DNA of 64,000 bases from Prevotella sp. (GTDB lineage Bacteria > Bacteroidota > Bacteroidia > Bacteroidales > Bacteroidaceae), in contig JAZLHI010000129.1 of the NCBI GenBank assembly GCA_045616725.1, positions 3,414 through 67,413 of the forward strand, given 5' to 3'. Every line of letters starts with the position of its first letter. The stretch's first letter is position 1. The notes under the pieces are model-generated. The model saw nothing but the letters and a program-made list of their open reading frames with translations. It ran no database searches and was not told the DNA's origin. The translations under genes and the position numbers were made by a program. Positions 44,766-54,323 of this stretch are shown here, piece by piece.

Positions 44766-44849
44766 GGAGAGGTGGCGGAATTGGTAGACGCGCTACTTTG
44801 AGGGGGTAGTGTCAATTGTGACGTGGGAGTTCGAGTCTCCTCCTCTTCA
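44766..44849 (+). tRNA. tRNA-Leu (GAG)
   Basis: Acceptor ggagagg/cctcttc, anticodon loop ttGAGgg, long variable arm, T-loop ttcgagt. Confidence 0.85.
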
Positions 44850-44874
44850 CTACTTTAATGAGTTTCTGAATTTT

Positions 44875-44947
44875 GCGGAAATAGCTCAGTTGGTAGAGCA
44901 CAACCTTGCCAAGGTTGGGGTCGCGGGTCCGAGTCCCGTTTTCCGCT
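44875..44947 (+). tRNA. tRNA-Gly (GCC), identical second copy
   Basis: Sequence identical to 44556-44628. Confidence 0.9.
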
Positions 44948-45101
44948 CTACATTAGTAAAGGTTTTAAAGGTTAAATTGTTTGAATTCTGAGTGACTTTC
45001 ACGTAAGTGAATCACTGAGAATTTTTTTGTTCTATTACCCTTCTTGTTTTATGGATTATGCACAAAGGGGGTGATAACATAATAAACGAAAACACATAAA
45101 A

Positions 45102-45665
45102 ATGAATCTATACATAAGATACTTTGACTACGAAGTGCTGACAACATCGTTTGATCAGGCATTTGACTTCCTCTACTCCATTGACGAAATCGGAATGAAT
45201 CCGAAGATTGAGCAGGACGTAAGGGACTATATGAACAGCAACATACTGTTCCCAAAGCGCTATAAGGTGCGTGCCAAAATATACTTCATTATGATCAAGA
45301 CTACCGCCAGAACAATGGAGGAGTTCAAGAATCATAAGAAAGGACAGCCTGCAGAGGATGGTACAGAGTTTGTTTCGGCTGCAAAACAGCAACAGAACGA
45401 GATCCTCCAGCATCTCAATGAGCAGCGCGAAGGATGGTATGAGGGCGTTGTTGACTTCAAGAGGGTAGTGGTAAATCCTTCTACTGGCAAGTGTGTCTAT
45501 ATAGATACGCGCTTCGTTGCACAGTGTAAGGCTGTTTCTGCTTCTGACTGCTACGAGCGTATTGTGGATCATCTGCGCCAGCGCGTGGACGACCGCAGCC
45601 AGTTCCCTTCGGTGAAGGGCAAGAACTTCCAGTACCGTTACCTAGGAGAGGCCCCGGAGCTGTAA
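45102..45665 (+). CDS. Hypothetical protein
   Basis: 187-aa ORF with coding-like composition. No motif recognised. Confidence 0.5.
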   Translation: MNLYIRYFDYEVLTTSFDQAFDFLYSIDEIGMNPKIEQDVRDYMNSNILFPKRYKVRAKIYFIMIKTTARTMEEFKNHKKGQPAEDGTEFVSAAKQQQNEILQHLNEQREGWYEGVVDFKRVVVNPSTGKCVYIDTRFVAQCKAVSASDCYERIVDHLRQRVDDRSQFPSVKGKNFQYRYLGEAPEL

Positions 45666-45668
45666 AAT

Positions 45669-45790
45669 CTCCCCCGTCCCCTCCATTAGGAGGGGGGAAA
45701 GGAAATTACCATAATCAATATTAATAAAAGCAAAAATCTTCCCACAAGACATATAATAATCCCTCTCCTTGAGGGGAGTCGGAGGGGGGT
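45669..45790. mobile_element. MITE-like element with GC-rich hairpin ends (same design as 9143-9296)
   Basis: Left end is ctcccccgtcccctccattaggagggggga, right end is ccctctccttgaggggagtcggaggggggt, with an AT-rich core between them. Confidence 0.5.
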
Positions 45791-45797
45791 GACTAAT

Positions 45798-46130
45798 ATG
45801 AACAAAGTAATGCTTATCGGCAATGTTGGTCGTGACCCAGAGGTTCGCTACTTCGACCATGACCAGGCTGTTGCCCGCATATCCCTTGCCACTACAGAGC
45901 GTGGCTATACACTTCAAAACGGAACTCAGGTGCCGGAACATACTGACTGGCACACAGTCTTGCTCTACAAGAACCTTGCGAAGATTGCCGAAGAGTACGT
46001 CCACAAAGGCGACAAACTCTACATAGAAGGCCGCTTACGCTACAGAAGTTATGTTGACCAGAGCGGACAGCGTAAGGATGTGACAGAAATTCAGGCAGAG
46101 AACATGGAACTGCTTACTCCTAAGAAATAA
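45798..46130 (+). CDS. ssb: Single-stranded DNA-binding protein (short form, no acidic tail)
   Basis: MNKVMLIGNVGRDPEVRYF...TDWHTVLLYKNLAKIAEEYVHKGDKLYIEGRLRYRSY is an OB-fold SSB signature. Confidence 0.9.
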   Translation: MNKVMLIGNVGRDPEVRYFDHDQAVARISLATTERGYTLQNGTQVPEHTDWHTVLLYKNLAKIAEEYVHKGDKLYIEGRLRYRSYVDQSGQRKDVTEIQAENMELLTPKK

Positions 46131-46132
46131 AA

Positions 46133-47476
46133 ATGGACGACTATATATCCTGTATATCAGATTATTTAACCCAGCTCTTTGCCGGTGTCTCTTTCCAGAC
46201 ACCGACAACGGCTGTCATCATAACCATCTGTTTCATCGTATTGCTTCTCTTTCTCTCGGGCTTTGCTAGTGGAAGTGAGATAGCCTTCTTCAGCTTGTCG
46301 CCGAAAGACTTGGACAATCTTGAGGACGAAAAGACGGCAACCGATAAGCTTATCAACGAACTGAGAGAGGATAGCGAGCGAACACTTGCCACAATTCTCA
46401 TCACAAACAACTTTGTGAATGTCACCATCATCATGCTTTGCAATTATGTTTTTGCGAAACTAATAGACTTTGGTGGCAACCAAGTGCTTGAATTCATTAT
46501 CCTTACGGTCCTTCTTACCTTCATTCTCCTGCTTTTCGGTGAGATCTTGCCAAAGATTTTTGCCCGTCAATCTACGCTTGGCTTCTGCCGAATGGCTGCA
46601 AAAGGTATTTCCTTCTTCCGCACGCTATTCTGGCCTATGGAGAATCTGCTGATGAAGACAAGCGTCGTAGCGGAGAAGATTGTTACTGAAGACAATCACG
46701 TGATGAGCGTTGACGAACTGGAACAGGCTCTTGAGCTGACCGACAAGGAGGACATTGCCGAGGAGAAGAAAATCCTTGAGGGCATCATTCGCTTTGTAGA
46801 TGAGACTGCAAAGGAGATTATGACGCCACGAAAGGACATTGTGGACATCAATATCAAGGCACGTTTCAGCGATGTCATCTCTTGCATTGTTGAGAACAAC
46901 TACAGCCGAATACCAGTCTATCAGGACAATGGCGACAATATTCGTGGAATCCTTTACATAAAGGATCTCTTACCATATTTGGGCAAGCCTGACAGTTTCC
47001 GCTGGCAATCGCTCATTCGTCCGCCTTATTTCGTACCAGAAACAAAAAAGATAGACGCCCTCTTGCAGGAGTTTCAGGAAAACAAGGTCCACATTGCAAT
47101 CGTCGTTGATGAGTTCGGTGGCACGTCAGGACTTGTTACTATGGAGGACATCCTTGAGGAAATCGTTGGCGAAATCAACGACGAATATGACGAGGAAACA
47201 AAGCAATACACTCGCCTTAACAAGAACACATATATCTTTGAGGGCAACATCCCACTCACGGACATGCAGAAAGTGTTGGATGTTGACGATGATGAATTTG
47301 ACGAAATAAAAGGTGAAGCCGACACTCTTGCCGGACTCCTCCTTGAAATAAAGGGCGACTTCCCAAAGCCACACGAGGAGTTCACTTTCAAGAACTATCG
47401 CTTTGAAGTGATGAAAGTGGAAGAACGCCGCGTAGCTTCCGTGAAGGTTATCATCACGAATGCGAAGGAGTCGTAA
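46133..47476 (+). CDS. gldE: GldE/CNNM-family protein (DUF21 membrane domain, CBS pair, CorC_HlyC)
   Basis: Four N-terminal TM helices, a CBS pair (IMTPRKDIV..., YSRIPVY) and a C-terminal transporter-associated domain. The ssb-gldE adjacency is typical of Bacteroidota. Confidence 0.75.
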   Translation: MDDYISCISDYLTQLFAGVSFQTPTTAVIITICFIVLLLFLSGFASGSEIAFFSLSPKDLDNLEDEKTATDKLINELREDSERTLATILITNNFVNVTIIMLCNYVFAKLIDFGGNQVLEFIILTVLLTFILLLFGEILPKIFARQSTLGFCRMAAKGISFFRTLFWPMENLLMKTSVVAEKIVTEDNHVMSVDELEQALELTDKEDIAEEKKILEGIIRFVDETAKEIMTPRKDIVDINIKARFSDVISCIVENNYSRIPVYQDNGDNIRGILYIKDLLPYLGKPDSFRWQSLIRPPYFVPETKKIDALLQEFQENKVHIAIVVDEFGGTSGLVTMEDILEEIVGEINDEYDEETKQYTRLNKNTYIFEGNIPLTDMQKVLDVDDDEFDEIKGEADTLAGLLLEIKGDFPKPHEEFTFKNYRFEVMKVEERRVASVKVIITNAKES

Positions 47477-47492
47477 AAAATATAAAATTGCC

Positions 47493-47707
47493 TTTAACCC
47501 GTCACCCATCACTTTTGCTGCACAACACACTGGTATTCAGATGATTAAGTGAGTGATGGGTGGTAATAGCCCATCACTCCGCCATCACAATCAATCACCA
47601 GCAGTGGTAGGTGGTGACGGGTAGTGATGGGATGGAATGCACCCGTCACGAGGTAATGTCTTAATAAACAGGTAGTTACAAAGGAAAGTGACGGGTGATG
47701 GGTAAAA
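47493..47707 (-). ncRNA. Candidate structured ncRNA / word-hairpin element, GTGAYGG type (core; unit extends to about 47880)
   Basis: Closing stem 47493-47516 / 47685-47707. Hairpins at 47551-47579 (10 bp perfect) and 47614-47649 (8 bp). Minus-strand TAACTTTG box at 47882-47889, with a T-run after the closing stem. Confidence 0.45.
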
Positions 47708-47881
47708 TCAAAGTTCTTTCTGAATTGGAGAGAATAACGCAAGAGAGATTGTTTTCTTTAGGTTTACAAAATATTCCTAAGGATTAAGATGTATATTCCT
47801 TGGACTTTTTATTAGTTTCCTTAGACTTTTTGGTTCGTAAAAGGTTTGTTCATGTTGAGTGGAATTTCAATTTTATGGTGG

Positions 47882-47889
47882 CAAAGTTA
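47882..47889 (-). promoter_or_regulatory. -7 box TAACTTTG pointing into the gene-free element
   Basis: Reverse complement of caaagtta, immediately after the tyrS terminator. Confidence 0.5.
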
Positions 47890-47892
47890 AGG

Positions 47893-47928
47893 GAAAAATA
47901 GTGAGGGCGTGTCAAAAGACACGCCCTC
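47893..47928 (-). terminator. Intrinsic terminator of tyrS
   Basis: Minus strand: gagggcgtgtc-tttt-gacacgccctc followed by actattttt. Confidence 0.8.
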
Positions 47929-47987
47929 TTTAGTATATAATTATTGTGTAAGTATCTAAGAATGTGGGGAAACTTGCCTTACGGAAC

Positions 47988-49283
47988 TTACTTCACAGTT
48001 ACGAGGAAGTAGTTCTTCTTGCCACGCTGCACGAGGATGTACTTGCCTTCGATGAGATCTTCCTCTGTGATGGCGCGGTCGAACTGCTGGAGCTTTTCCT
48101 TGTTAACGGAAACGCCGCCGCCCTGAACCATCTTGCGCATCTCGCCCTTTGAAGGGAAGATTGCTGCGTCCTGAGTGAAGAGCTCAACTGCTGGCTGGCC
48201 GAGACGCTCCTTTGAAATCTCGAACTGTGGTACGCCGTCGAAGATGTCGAGGAATGTCTGCTCGTCAAGCTTAGCGAGAGAATCCTTTGTAGCCTTGCCA
48301 AAGAGGATGCCTGAAGCCTCAATAGCTGCATCGAGAGCCTCCTTTGAGTGAACCATTGTTGTCACTTCCTCAGCGAGACGCTTCTGGAGAATACGGCGAC
48401 CTGGATCCTGCTTGTGCTCCTCAACGAGTGCGTCGATAACGTCCTTCTCAAGAGAAGTGAAGATCTTTATGTACTTTTCTGCGTCGTCATCGCTCACGTT
48501 GAGCCAGAACTGATAGAACTTGTATGGAGTAGTGCGCTTTGGGTCGAGCCAGATGTTGCCGCGCTCAGTCTTACCGAACTTCTTGCCGTCAGCCTTTGTG
48601 ATGAGTGGACAAGTGAGTGCGTAAGCCTCGTTGTCGTTGCCGAGAGTACGGCGGATGAGTTCTGTACCTGTTGTCATGTTACCCCACTGGTCATTACCAC
48701 CGAGCTGCATCTTACAGTTCTTTGCCTGGTAGAGGTGGAGGAAGTCGTAGCCCTGAAGGAGCTGGTAAGTGAACTCTGTGAATGAAAGACCGTCGCGAGC
48801 GGTACCGTTGAGACGCTGCTGAACGGAATCCTTTGCCATCATGTAGTTCACTGTAATGTGCTTACCGACAGTACGAGCGAAGTCGAGGAATGTGAAGTCC
48901 TTCATCCAGTCGTAGTTGTTTACCATCTCAGCAGCGTTAGGACCTTCTGCTTCAAAGTCAAGGAACTTTGCAACCTGAGCCTTGATGCACTCCTGGTTAT
49001 GGTAGAGAGTCTCTGTGTCAAGGAGGTTACGCTCCTGAGACTTGCCTGAAGGGTCGCCGATCATACCAGTGGCACCACCGACGAGGATGATAGGCTTGTG
49101 GCCGCAGCGCTGTAGATGACGGAGCATCATGATACCACAAAGGTGACCGATGTGCAGAGAGTCTGCTGTAGGGTCTGTGCCGAGGTAAGCAGTGACCATC
49201 TCCTTCTGAAGGAGTTCTTCCGCACCTGGCATTATCTGCGCGAGCATTCCGCGCCATTTGAGTTCTTCTACGAAGTTTTTCAT
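47988..49283 (-). CDS. tyrS: Tyrosine--tRNA ligase
   Basis: HIGH-type motif SLHIGHL, KMSKS-type KFGKTE and a C-terminal S4 domain. Start at MKNFVEEL (49283) avoids overlap with yidD; the alternative start is 49304. Confidence 0.95.
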   Translation of the reverse strand: MKNFVEELKWRGMLAQIMPGAEELLQKEMVTAYLGTDPTADSLHIGHLCGIMMLRHLQRCGHKPIILVGGATGMIGDPSGKSQERNLLDTETLYHNQECIKAQVAKFLDFEAEGPNAAEMVNNYDWMKDFTFLDFARTVGKHITVNYMMAKDSVQQRLNGTARDGLSFTEFTYQLLQGYDFLHLYQAKNCKMQLGGNDQWGNMTTGTELIRRTLGNDNEAYALTCPLITKADGKKFGKTERGNIWLDPKRTTPYKFYQFWLNVSDDDAEKYIKIFTSLEKDVIDALVEEHKQDPGRRILQKRLAEEVTTMVHSKEALDAAIEASGILFGKATKDSLAKLDEQTFLDIFDGVPQFEISKERLGQPAVELFTQDAAIFPSKGEMRKMVQGGGVSVNKEKLQQFDRAITEEDLIEGKYILVQRGKKNYFLVTVK

Positions 49284-49287
49284 ATTA

Positions 49288-49509
49288 TTATGGTACTGGG
49301 TCATATCCTGAGCCTCCCCAGGGATGACATCTTAATATTCTTTTTATTGCGAGCCAAAGGCCTTTGAACGGGCCATGCTTGATGATTGCCTCTTTCGCAT
49401 ACTGCGAGCAAGTTGGCGTGAAGCGGCATGCTGGCGGCGTGAAAGGCGATATGCAAGTCTGGTAGAAGGCTATCGGAGCGAGGAGTATGGCGGTAAGAAG
49501 CTTTTTCAT
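49288..49509 (-). CDS. yidD: Membrane protein insertion efficiency factor YidD
   Basis: [37 protein letters not shown]. Confidence 0.9.
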   Translation of the reverse strand: MKKLLTAILLAPIAFYQTCISPFTPPACRFTPTCSQYAKEAIIKHGPFKGLWLAIKRILRCHPWGGSGYDPVP

Positions 49510-49554
49510 TTGCCGATTTTCTGATTTGGCGATTTTTCGAATTATCGGTATTTC

Positions 49555-49926
49555 TTACAATTTGCTCAGCAACTCCTTAATCTTCTCGTGCACGAGTCTT
49601 GATTCTTGTGGTTCATTGGCAAGCCAAACAAGGGCGATGTTTGCAGTGCGTTCGCAGGAAGGCTTGTTCAGTCGGTAGGCTTCGCGCATCTGTCGCTTTG
49701 CCCTTACACGGTCAACGGCACGGTGAAGCCTTTTCTTTGCAACGCTTATGAGAACCTTCACTCTTGGCTCCGATTCATCTTCCCTAGTCACATAGCGGTA
49801 TACCATACGGATTGGGTAATTCGTAATGCCTTTTGCATTGCCTGGAGTGAAGAGTTCTTCAATTTCCTTCTGCAAGTATATGCGCTCTGCTTTTGGGAAT
49901 TTCATTACACTATTCGTCGTCTTCAA
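49555..49926 (-). CDS. rnpA: Ribonuclease P protein component
   Basis: Basic ~120-aa protein upstream of yidD, with an RNR-like region KKRLHRAVDRVRAKRQMREAYR. Start could also be 49905. Confidence 0.8.
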   Translation of the reverse strand: MKTTNSVMKFPKAERIYLQKEIEELFTPGNAKGITNYPIRMVYRYVTREDESEPRVKVLISVAKKRLHRAVDRVRAKRQMREAYRLNKPSCERTANIALVWLANEPQESRLVHEKIKELLSKL

Positions 49927-50665
49927 GGTCGCGGAGATATTTGTTGAGTGCTCCGGTCATAGAAGGATACTTTTCGTTAGGAGCTTCCACTACGACATTG
50001 AGTTCTGCGTCGTGGGCTGCCTTTGTAGTAGCAGGTCCGAAAGTCGCCACAGCGACGTTCTTCCTGATGTCTTCCGGCACGTTCTTTTCGAAAGAAGCAA
50101 TGCCAGAAGGTGAGAAGAATACGCACATGTCATAGTCGAAACTTGCGATTTCATCTTTTGTAAAGTCATTGCTCAGTGTGCGATACATCACGCATTCAGT
50201 ATGCTTGAGCTTCTTGCCGTCGAGCATAGACTTGATTGTGCTGTCGTGAACGTCTGAGAGCGGCACGAGGTAAAGCTCGCTCTTATGCTTCTGCATGATT
50301 GTTACGAGGTCTTCAATCTTGCCTGTAGGAGAGAAGAAGACCTTGCGCTTGCGGTATGGGATGTACTTCTGGATATAGAGTGAGATGGTCTCTGTCACGC
50401 AGAAGAACTTCATGTCCTCAGGGATTGGCTGGTGGTTTTCCTTCGCAATCTGGAAGTAACTGTCAATGGCATGACGTGAAGTGAAAACAACAGCCGTATA
50501 GTGGAGAATGTTTACCTTCTGCTTTCGGAACTCGAGCGAAGGAATCTTCTCAACCTTGATGAATGGACGGAATACAATCTCTACTTCGTAACGGTCAGCG
50601 ATGTCATAGTAAGGCGACTTTTCGCTACTTGGTTTAGGCTGTGATACGAGGATTTTCTTAATCAT
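49910..50665 (-). CDS. hemD: Uroporphyrinogen-III synthase-like (HemD family) protein
   Basis: MIKKILVSQPKP... two-lobe HEM4-like pattern, as annotated in Bacteroidota. Confidence 0.65.
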   Translation of the reverse strand: MIKKILVSQPKPSSEKSPYYDIADRYEVEIVFRPFIKVEKIPSLEFRKQKVNILHYTAVVFTSRHAIDSYFQIAKENHQPIPEDMKFFCVTETISLYIQKYIPYRKRKVFFSPTGKIEDLVTIMQKHKSELYLVPLSDVHDSTIKSMLDGKKLKHTECVMYRTLSNDFTKDEIASFDYDMCVFFSPSGIASFEKNVPEDIRKNVAVATFGPATTKAAHDAELNVVVEAPNEKYPSMTGALNKYLRDLEDDE

Positions 50666-50745
50666 CTTTCTTGAATTTTCGAAGTGTTATCGTCTAACTT
50701 AGTAGTTTGTTGGATGTTATTTCTCTTGGGAAAAATCCCTTTGGG

Positions 50746-51447
50746 TTACATTCTTAAATTGCTGATTACATGTGTTAAAATGCCATAGAATGCAAGCATG
50801 GGCATGATTTCGAGCGTGCAAAAGTACAAAAAAATCTGCAGACGTGGACGGTTTTTGCTGAAAAAGATGTCGTAGCACCTGTAAAATGTCAGCATTTTGA
50901 TGAATATCAGCACTATAACTATCAAAAACAATGCCGCTGTGAAGGTCATTGAGAAGTAGCAGAGTAGCAAAACGATAGGTAATAATGGCAGTCCTTCCGC
51001 GGCAAAAAGGAACAGTTGCGACTTCTGCCATTGCCTATTTTCCTGCGGTTCGAAATATACCCATCCGACAATCCATTGCAAAATGCTCTTGACAAGGAAA
51101 TAGCCCACGAAGCACCCCACCAGGATTAGTATGAAGTTATGCTGTGCCGTGGCAGTAGTCTTGCCAGGCAAATAGTGGGTGGCGAAGAGGAATGTTGCCA
51201 AAGCGAGCATTAGACAGGTCTGGAAACCAAGGAAAAACTGAAAGCGGACCTCGGTGGCAGTCTCTGTGTAGAAGTCGTAGTCGCGGCGTGAAGGACGGAA
51301 GAAAAGCCTGAACTCACGGGCAATGAAGTCCCTTGACTGCGCCATTGCCACAATGGCAATCAGCACAGTTGCATATAGTAACGACGTGATAAAGTCATCG
51401 CTCTGTATGGTGTAAGGGGCGAGGATGCCTTCTGTGAGTTCGTTCAT
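50746..51447 (-). CDS. Polytopic membrane protein (DUF4271-like)
   Basis: Six predicted TM helices. Conserved neighbour of the hemD-like gene in Bacteroidales, from memory. Confidence 0.5.
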   Translation of the reverse strand: MNELTEGILAPYTIQSDDFITSLLYATVLIAIVAMAQSRDFIAREFRLFFRPSRRDYDFYTETATEVRFQFFLGFQTCLMLALATFLFATHYLPGKTTATAQHNFILILVGCFVGYFLVKSILQWIVGWVYFEPQENRQWQKSQLFLFAAEGLPLLPIVLLLCYFSMTFTAALFLIVIVLIFIKMLTFYRCYDIFFSKNRPRLQIFLYFCTLEIMPMLAFYGILTHVISNLRM

Positions 51448-51456
51448 TAAGAAAAC

Positions 51457-52758
51457 TTAAAGATTAAATGCCTTTTTTATTTCTTCCACGCGGTCGAGCT
51501 TCTCCCATGTGAAGAGCTCGTATTCCTTAATTACTTCCTTGTGGTAGCGTGAGCGGAATACTTTTGTCTCCTTACGGTAAGGCTGTCCCATGTGTCCGTA
51601 AGCTGCTGTTTCTGAGTAAATTGGGTTGCGTAGCTTCAGGCTGTCTTCGATAGCCTTAGGAGTAAGGTTGAAGAGTTCACAGATCTTTTCTGCAATCTCG
51701 CCGTCGGTCATGTTGACATTCTTCTTTCCGTATGTGTTTACGCAGATGCTTACAGGTTTTGCCACACCGATAGCGTAGGCAATCTGCACGAGCATCTGGT
51801 CAGCAACGCCGGCAGCCACCATGTTCTTTGCGATATGGCGAGCTGCGTATGCTGCGGAACGGTCAACCTTTGAAGGGTCTTTGCCAGAGAAAGCTCCACC
51901 GCCATGAGCACCGCGACCGCCGTAAGTGTCCACGATGATCTTGCGACCAGTAAGACCAGTGTCGCCGTGAGGACCGCCGATAACGAACTTTCCTGTAGGG
52001 TTTACGAGGAGTTTCTTGTCAGCGTTGAAACCATCAAAGAGTGCAAGTACCTTCTCGTTGTTGATCTTTGCCATTGTTCGAGGCAGGAGAATGTCGCGAA
52101 CATCATTGCGAATCTGTGCAAGCATCTCTTCGTCAGCTTTGAGCTGAGCCTTCTCGTCAGTTCCGGCAGGCTGGATGAAGTCGTCGTGCTGAGTAGATAC
52201 GACGATGGTATCGATGCGCTGAGGGATATTATCGTCAGAATATTCCACAGTGACCTGGCTTTTAGAGTCTGGACGTAGATAAGTCATAACCTTTCCTTCA
52301 CGACGGATTTCGGCGAGAGTCTTAACGAGAAGATGTGCAAGGTCGAGAGTGACAGGCATGTAGTTGTCGGTCTCGTTTGTAGCGTAACCGAACATCATTC
52401 CTTGGTCGCCGGCACCCTGGTCTTCTTCCTTTTCGCGAGAGACGCCTTGGCAGATATCGCCGCTCTGCTCGTGGATGCAGTTGAGTACGCCGCAAGAGTT
52501 TCCGTCAAACTGGTATTCTGACTTCGTGTAGCCAATCTTGTTGATGGTGTCGCGTGCAAGTGTCTGTAGGTCAACATAAGCCTCGGAAGATACTTCGCCA
52601 GCGATGATTACCTGACCTGTGGTGACGAGTGTTTCTACAGCCACGTGAGAATTAGGAGCGTAAGCAAGGATTTGGTCAAGAATACGGTCTGAAATTTGGT
52701 CGGCGACCTTGTCTGGATGGCCTTCTGAAACAGATTCTGAAGAGAAGAGGTATGACAT
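51457..52758 (-). CDS. metK: S-adenosylmethionine synthase
   Basis: [20 protein letters not shown] and [16 protein letters not shown]. Confidence 0.95.
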   Translation of the reverse strand: MSYLFSSESVSEGHPDKVADQISDRILDQILAYAPNSHVAVETLVTTGQVIIAGEVSSEAYVDLQTLARDTINKIGYTKSEYQFDGNSCGVLNCIHEQSGDICQGVSREKEEDQGAGDQGMMFGYATNETDNYMPVTLDLAHLLVKTLAEIRREGKVMTYLRPDSKSQVTVEYSDDNIPQRIDTIVVSTQHDDFIQPAGTDEKAQLKADEEMLAQIRNDVRDILLPRTMAKINNEKVLALFDGFNADKKLLVNPTGKFVIGGPHGDTGLTGRKIIVDTYGGRGAHGGGAFSGKDPSKVDRSAAYAARHIAKNMVAAGVADQMLVQIAYAIGVAKPVSICVNTYGKKNVNMTDGEIAEKICELFNLTPKAIEDSLKLRNPIYSETAAYGHMGQPYRKETKVFRSRYHKEVIKEYELFTWEKLDRVEEIKKAFNL

Positions 52759-52790
52759 ATTTTTAATGCTTTGTTGTTATTTTTCAAGTG

Positions 52791-52798
52791 CAAAATTA
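52791..52798 (-). promoter_or_regulatory. -7 box TAATTTTG (metK)
   Basis: Reverse complement of caaaatta, 33 nt upstream of the ATG. Confidence 0.55.
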
Positions 52799-52872
52799 GG
52801 AAGAATTTCGGAAACGTCAAAGGGAAAAACTATATAAATTCCGAAAAACACACATTTAATAATAAAGGATAA

Positions 52873-53517
52873 TTAAAGGCGAATTATACGTATAATCCTC
52901 TCGAATTCTTCACGAAGTTTCGTCTTGTTGTTGATGGTGTTTCGCAGTTCTGTGAGGCGCTTTTCATTCTCTGAGCCAGGAATCCAGAGCTTGATGTAAC
53001 CTGCTTGAGAATATTTGTTCTCAAGATGTTCCTCAAAACGCTTGTATTGCCCTTCGCGGTCCAACTCAGGGTAGTTGTCGAGACCGAATTGGATTGTTCG
53101 GCGCATTACGGTTTCCGCCTCCAGTTCCCTATCTGCTTCCGCCACAATCTTTCCGTACATGCTACGTGGGGCCTTTGCCGCTGATGCTCTGTGGTCCTCC
53201 ACAGCCTCCTTCATTATCTTGATCTGTGCAGGTGTGAACCACTTGCTGAGGCGCTTGTCTGCAAGGAGAATCTTGCCGGAAGTGATGTGATGAACAGCGC
53301 GTGGACCTCCAAGTCCGAGGTCGTGGTAAGCAGCTATGGTATAGCACATGTTGACGTCAGCACCAAGTCGCTTTGCTAGTGCAAGCGACTCCTTGATGAC
53401 ATGCTGAACATGCTCCGAGCGATGTGCGGCATCAAATGCTTGATATCGTGGCAGTATCTGACCCTCAATGAAGGTCATCAGGTCAAGGTTTACGGGAGAA
53501 CTGAAGGTGCTGTTCAT
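52873..53517 (-). CDS. HD-domain phosphohydrolase
   Basis: H...HD signature (AHRSEHVQHV ... AAYHDLG). Confidence 0.7.
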   Translation of the reverse strand: MNSTFSSPVNLDLMTFIEGQILPRYQAFDAAHRSEHVQHVIKESLALAKRLGADVNMCYTIAAYHDLGLGGPRAVHHITSGKILLADKRLSKWFTPAQIKIMKEAVEDHRASAAKAPRSMYGKIVAEADRELEAETVMRRTIQFGLDNYPELDREGQYKRFEEHLENKYSQAGYIKLWIPGSENEKRLTELRNTINNKTKLREEFERIIRIIRL

Positions 53518-53566
53518 GTGGGGAGATGAGTTATTTCGATCTTTCGACTTTTCGATTAATCGGGTT

Positions 53567-54271
53567 TTAGTATCCTCTTGAGCCGAAGATAGCAGTTCCG
53601 ACGCGTACCATTGTGGAGCCTTCTTCCATAGCTATCGGATAATCGTGGCTCATGCCCATGGAGAGGATTTGGGGACGCTCTGCGAGCGCGGCTGATGGAT
53701 TTTGGTTAATGGCTAATGGCGATGGATTAAGTTGTTTGAGTTCCTCAAAGAACATCTTTGCCTTGTGGAACTCCTTGTGCCATTGCTCCTCGTCGTCGCA
53801 GTTGGTTGCCATGGTCATAATGCCGTGAAACTCAATGCCTTGCATCTCTTTCCATTCGCCGCGTTCAATGAACTCGCGACATTCTTCTATGGTGAAACCG
53901 AACTTCGTTTCCTCCTGAGCTATATGGAGTTGCAGGAGAACGGGTATTCTGCGGTTGCATTTCACGCCCTGCTTGTTTATTTCGCGAATCAATTTTATGG
54001 AGTCAGCCGAATGGATGAGGCTCACGAACGGTGCGATGTACTTCACTTTATTGGTCTGAAGATGACCGATGAAGTGCCATTCGATGTCCTTTGGCAATGC
54101 TGCTTCCTTGCGTACAAGTTCCTGCACATGGCTTTCGCCGAATATTCTTTGTCCGGCATCGTAGGCTTCCTGCAGTTCTTCCTCAGGATGGTATTTGCTA
54201 ACGGCACAAAGGGCTACACCCTCTTTGAGCGTAGCCTTTATGCGGTTTAGATTGTCTGAAATGCTACTCAT
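53567..54271 (-). CDS. yggS: YggS-family pyridoxal-phosphate homeostasis protein
   Basis: AVSKYHP (PLP Lys), HFIGHLQTNKVK and LSMGMSHDY...VRVGTAIFG. Confidence 0.9.
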   Translation of the reverse strand: MSSISDNLNRIKATLKEGVALCAVSKYHPEEELQEAYDAGQRIFGESHVQELVRKEAALPKDIEWHFIGHLQTNKVKYIAPFVSLIHSADSIKLIREINKQGVKCNRRIPVLLQLHIAQEETKFGFTIEECREFIERGEWKEMQGIEFHGIMTMATNCDDEEQWHKEFHKAKMFFEELKQLNPSPLAINQNPSAALAERPQILSMGMSHDYPIAMEEGSTMVRVGTAIFGSRGY

Positions 54272-54323
54272 AAATGTTTAATTTCAGGTATTTTCTCCCC
54301 TTGTGGGAGAGTAAGAGGGGGCT

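Noticed and set aside
44436-44801. 121-aa ORF (and 44809..44991) across the tRNA cluster
   Set aside because: The translations run straight through four tRNA genes that fold into canonical cloverleaves.
47545-47742. 65-aa minus-strand ORF inside the GTGAYGG element
   Set aside because: Its H/P/T/G-rich sequence simply translates the heptamer words. The homologous copy at 18262-18682 has no equivalent ORF on the corresponding strand, so coding is not conserved.
52759-52872. Looked for a SAM riboswitch upstream of metK
   Set aside because: The -7 box lies only about 33 nt from the ATG, and no SAM-I, SAM-II or SAM-IV-like conserved core is visible.
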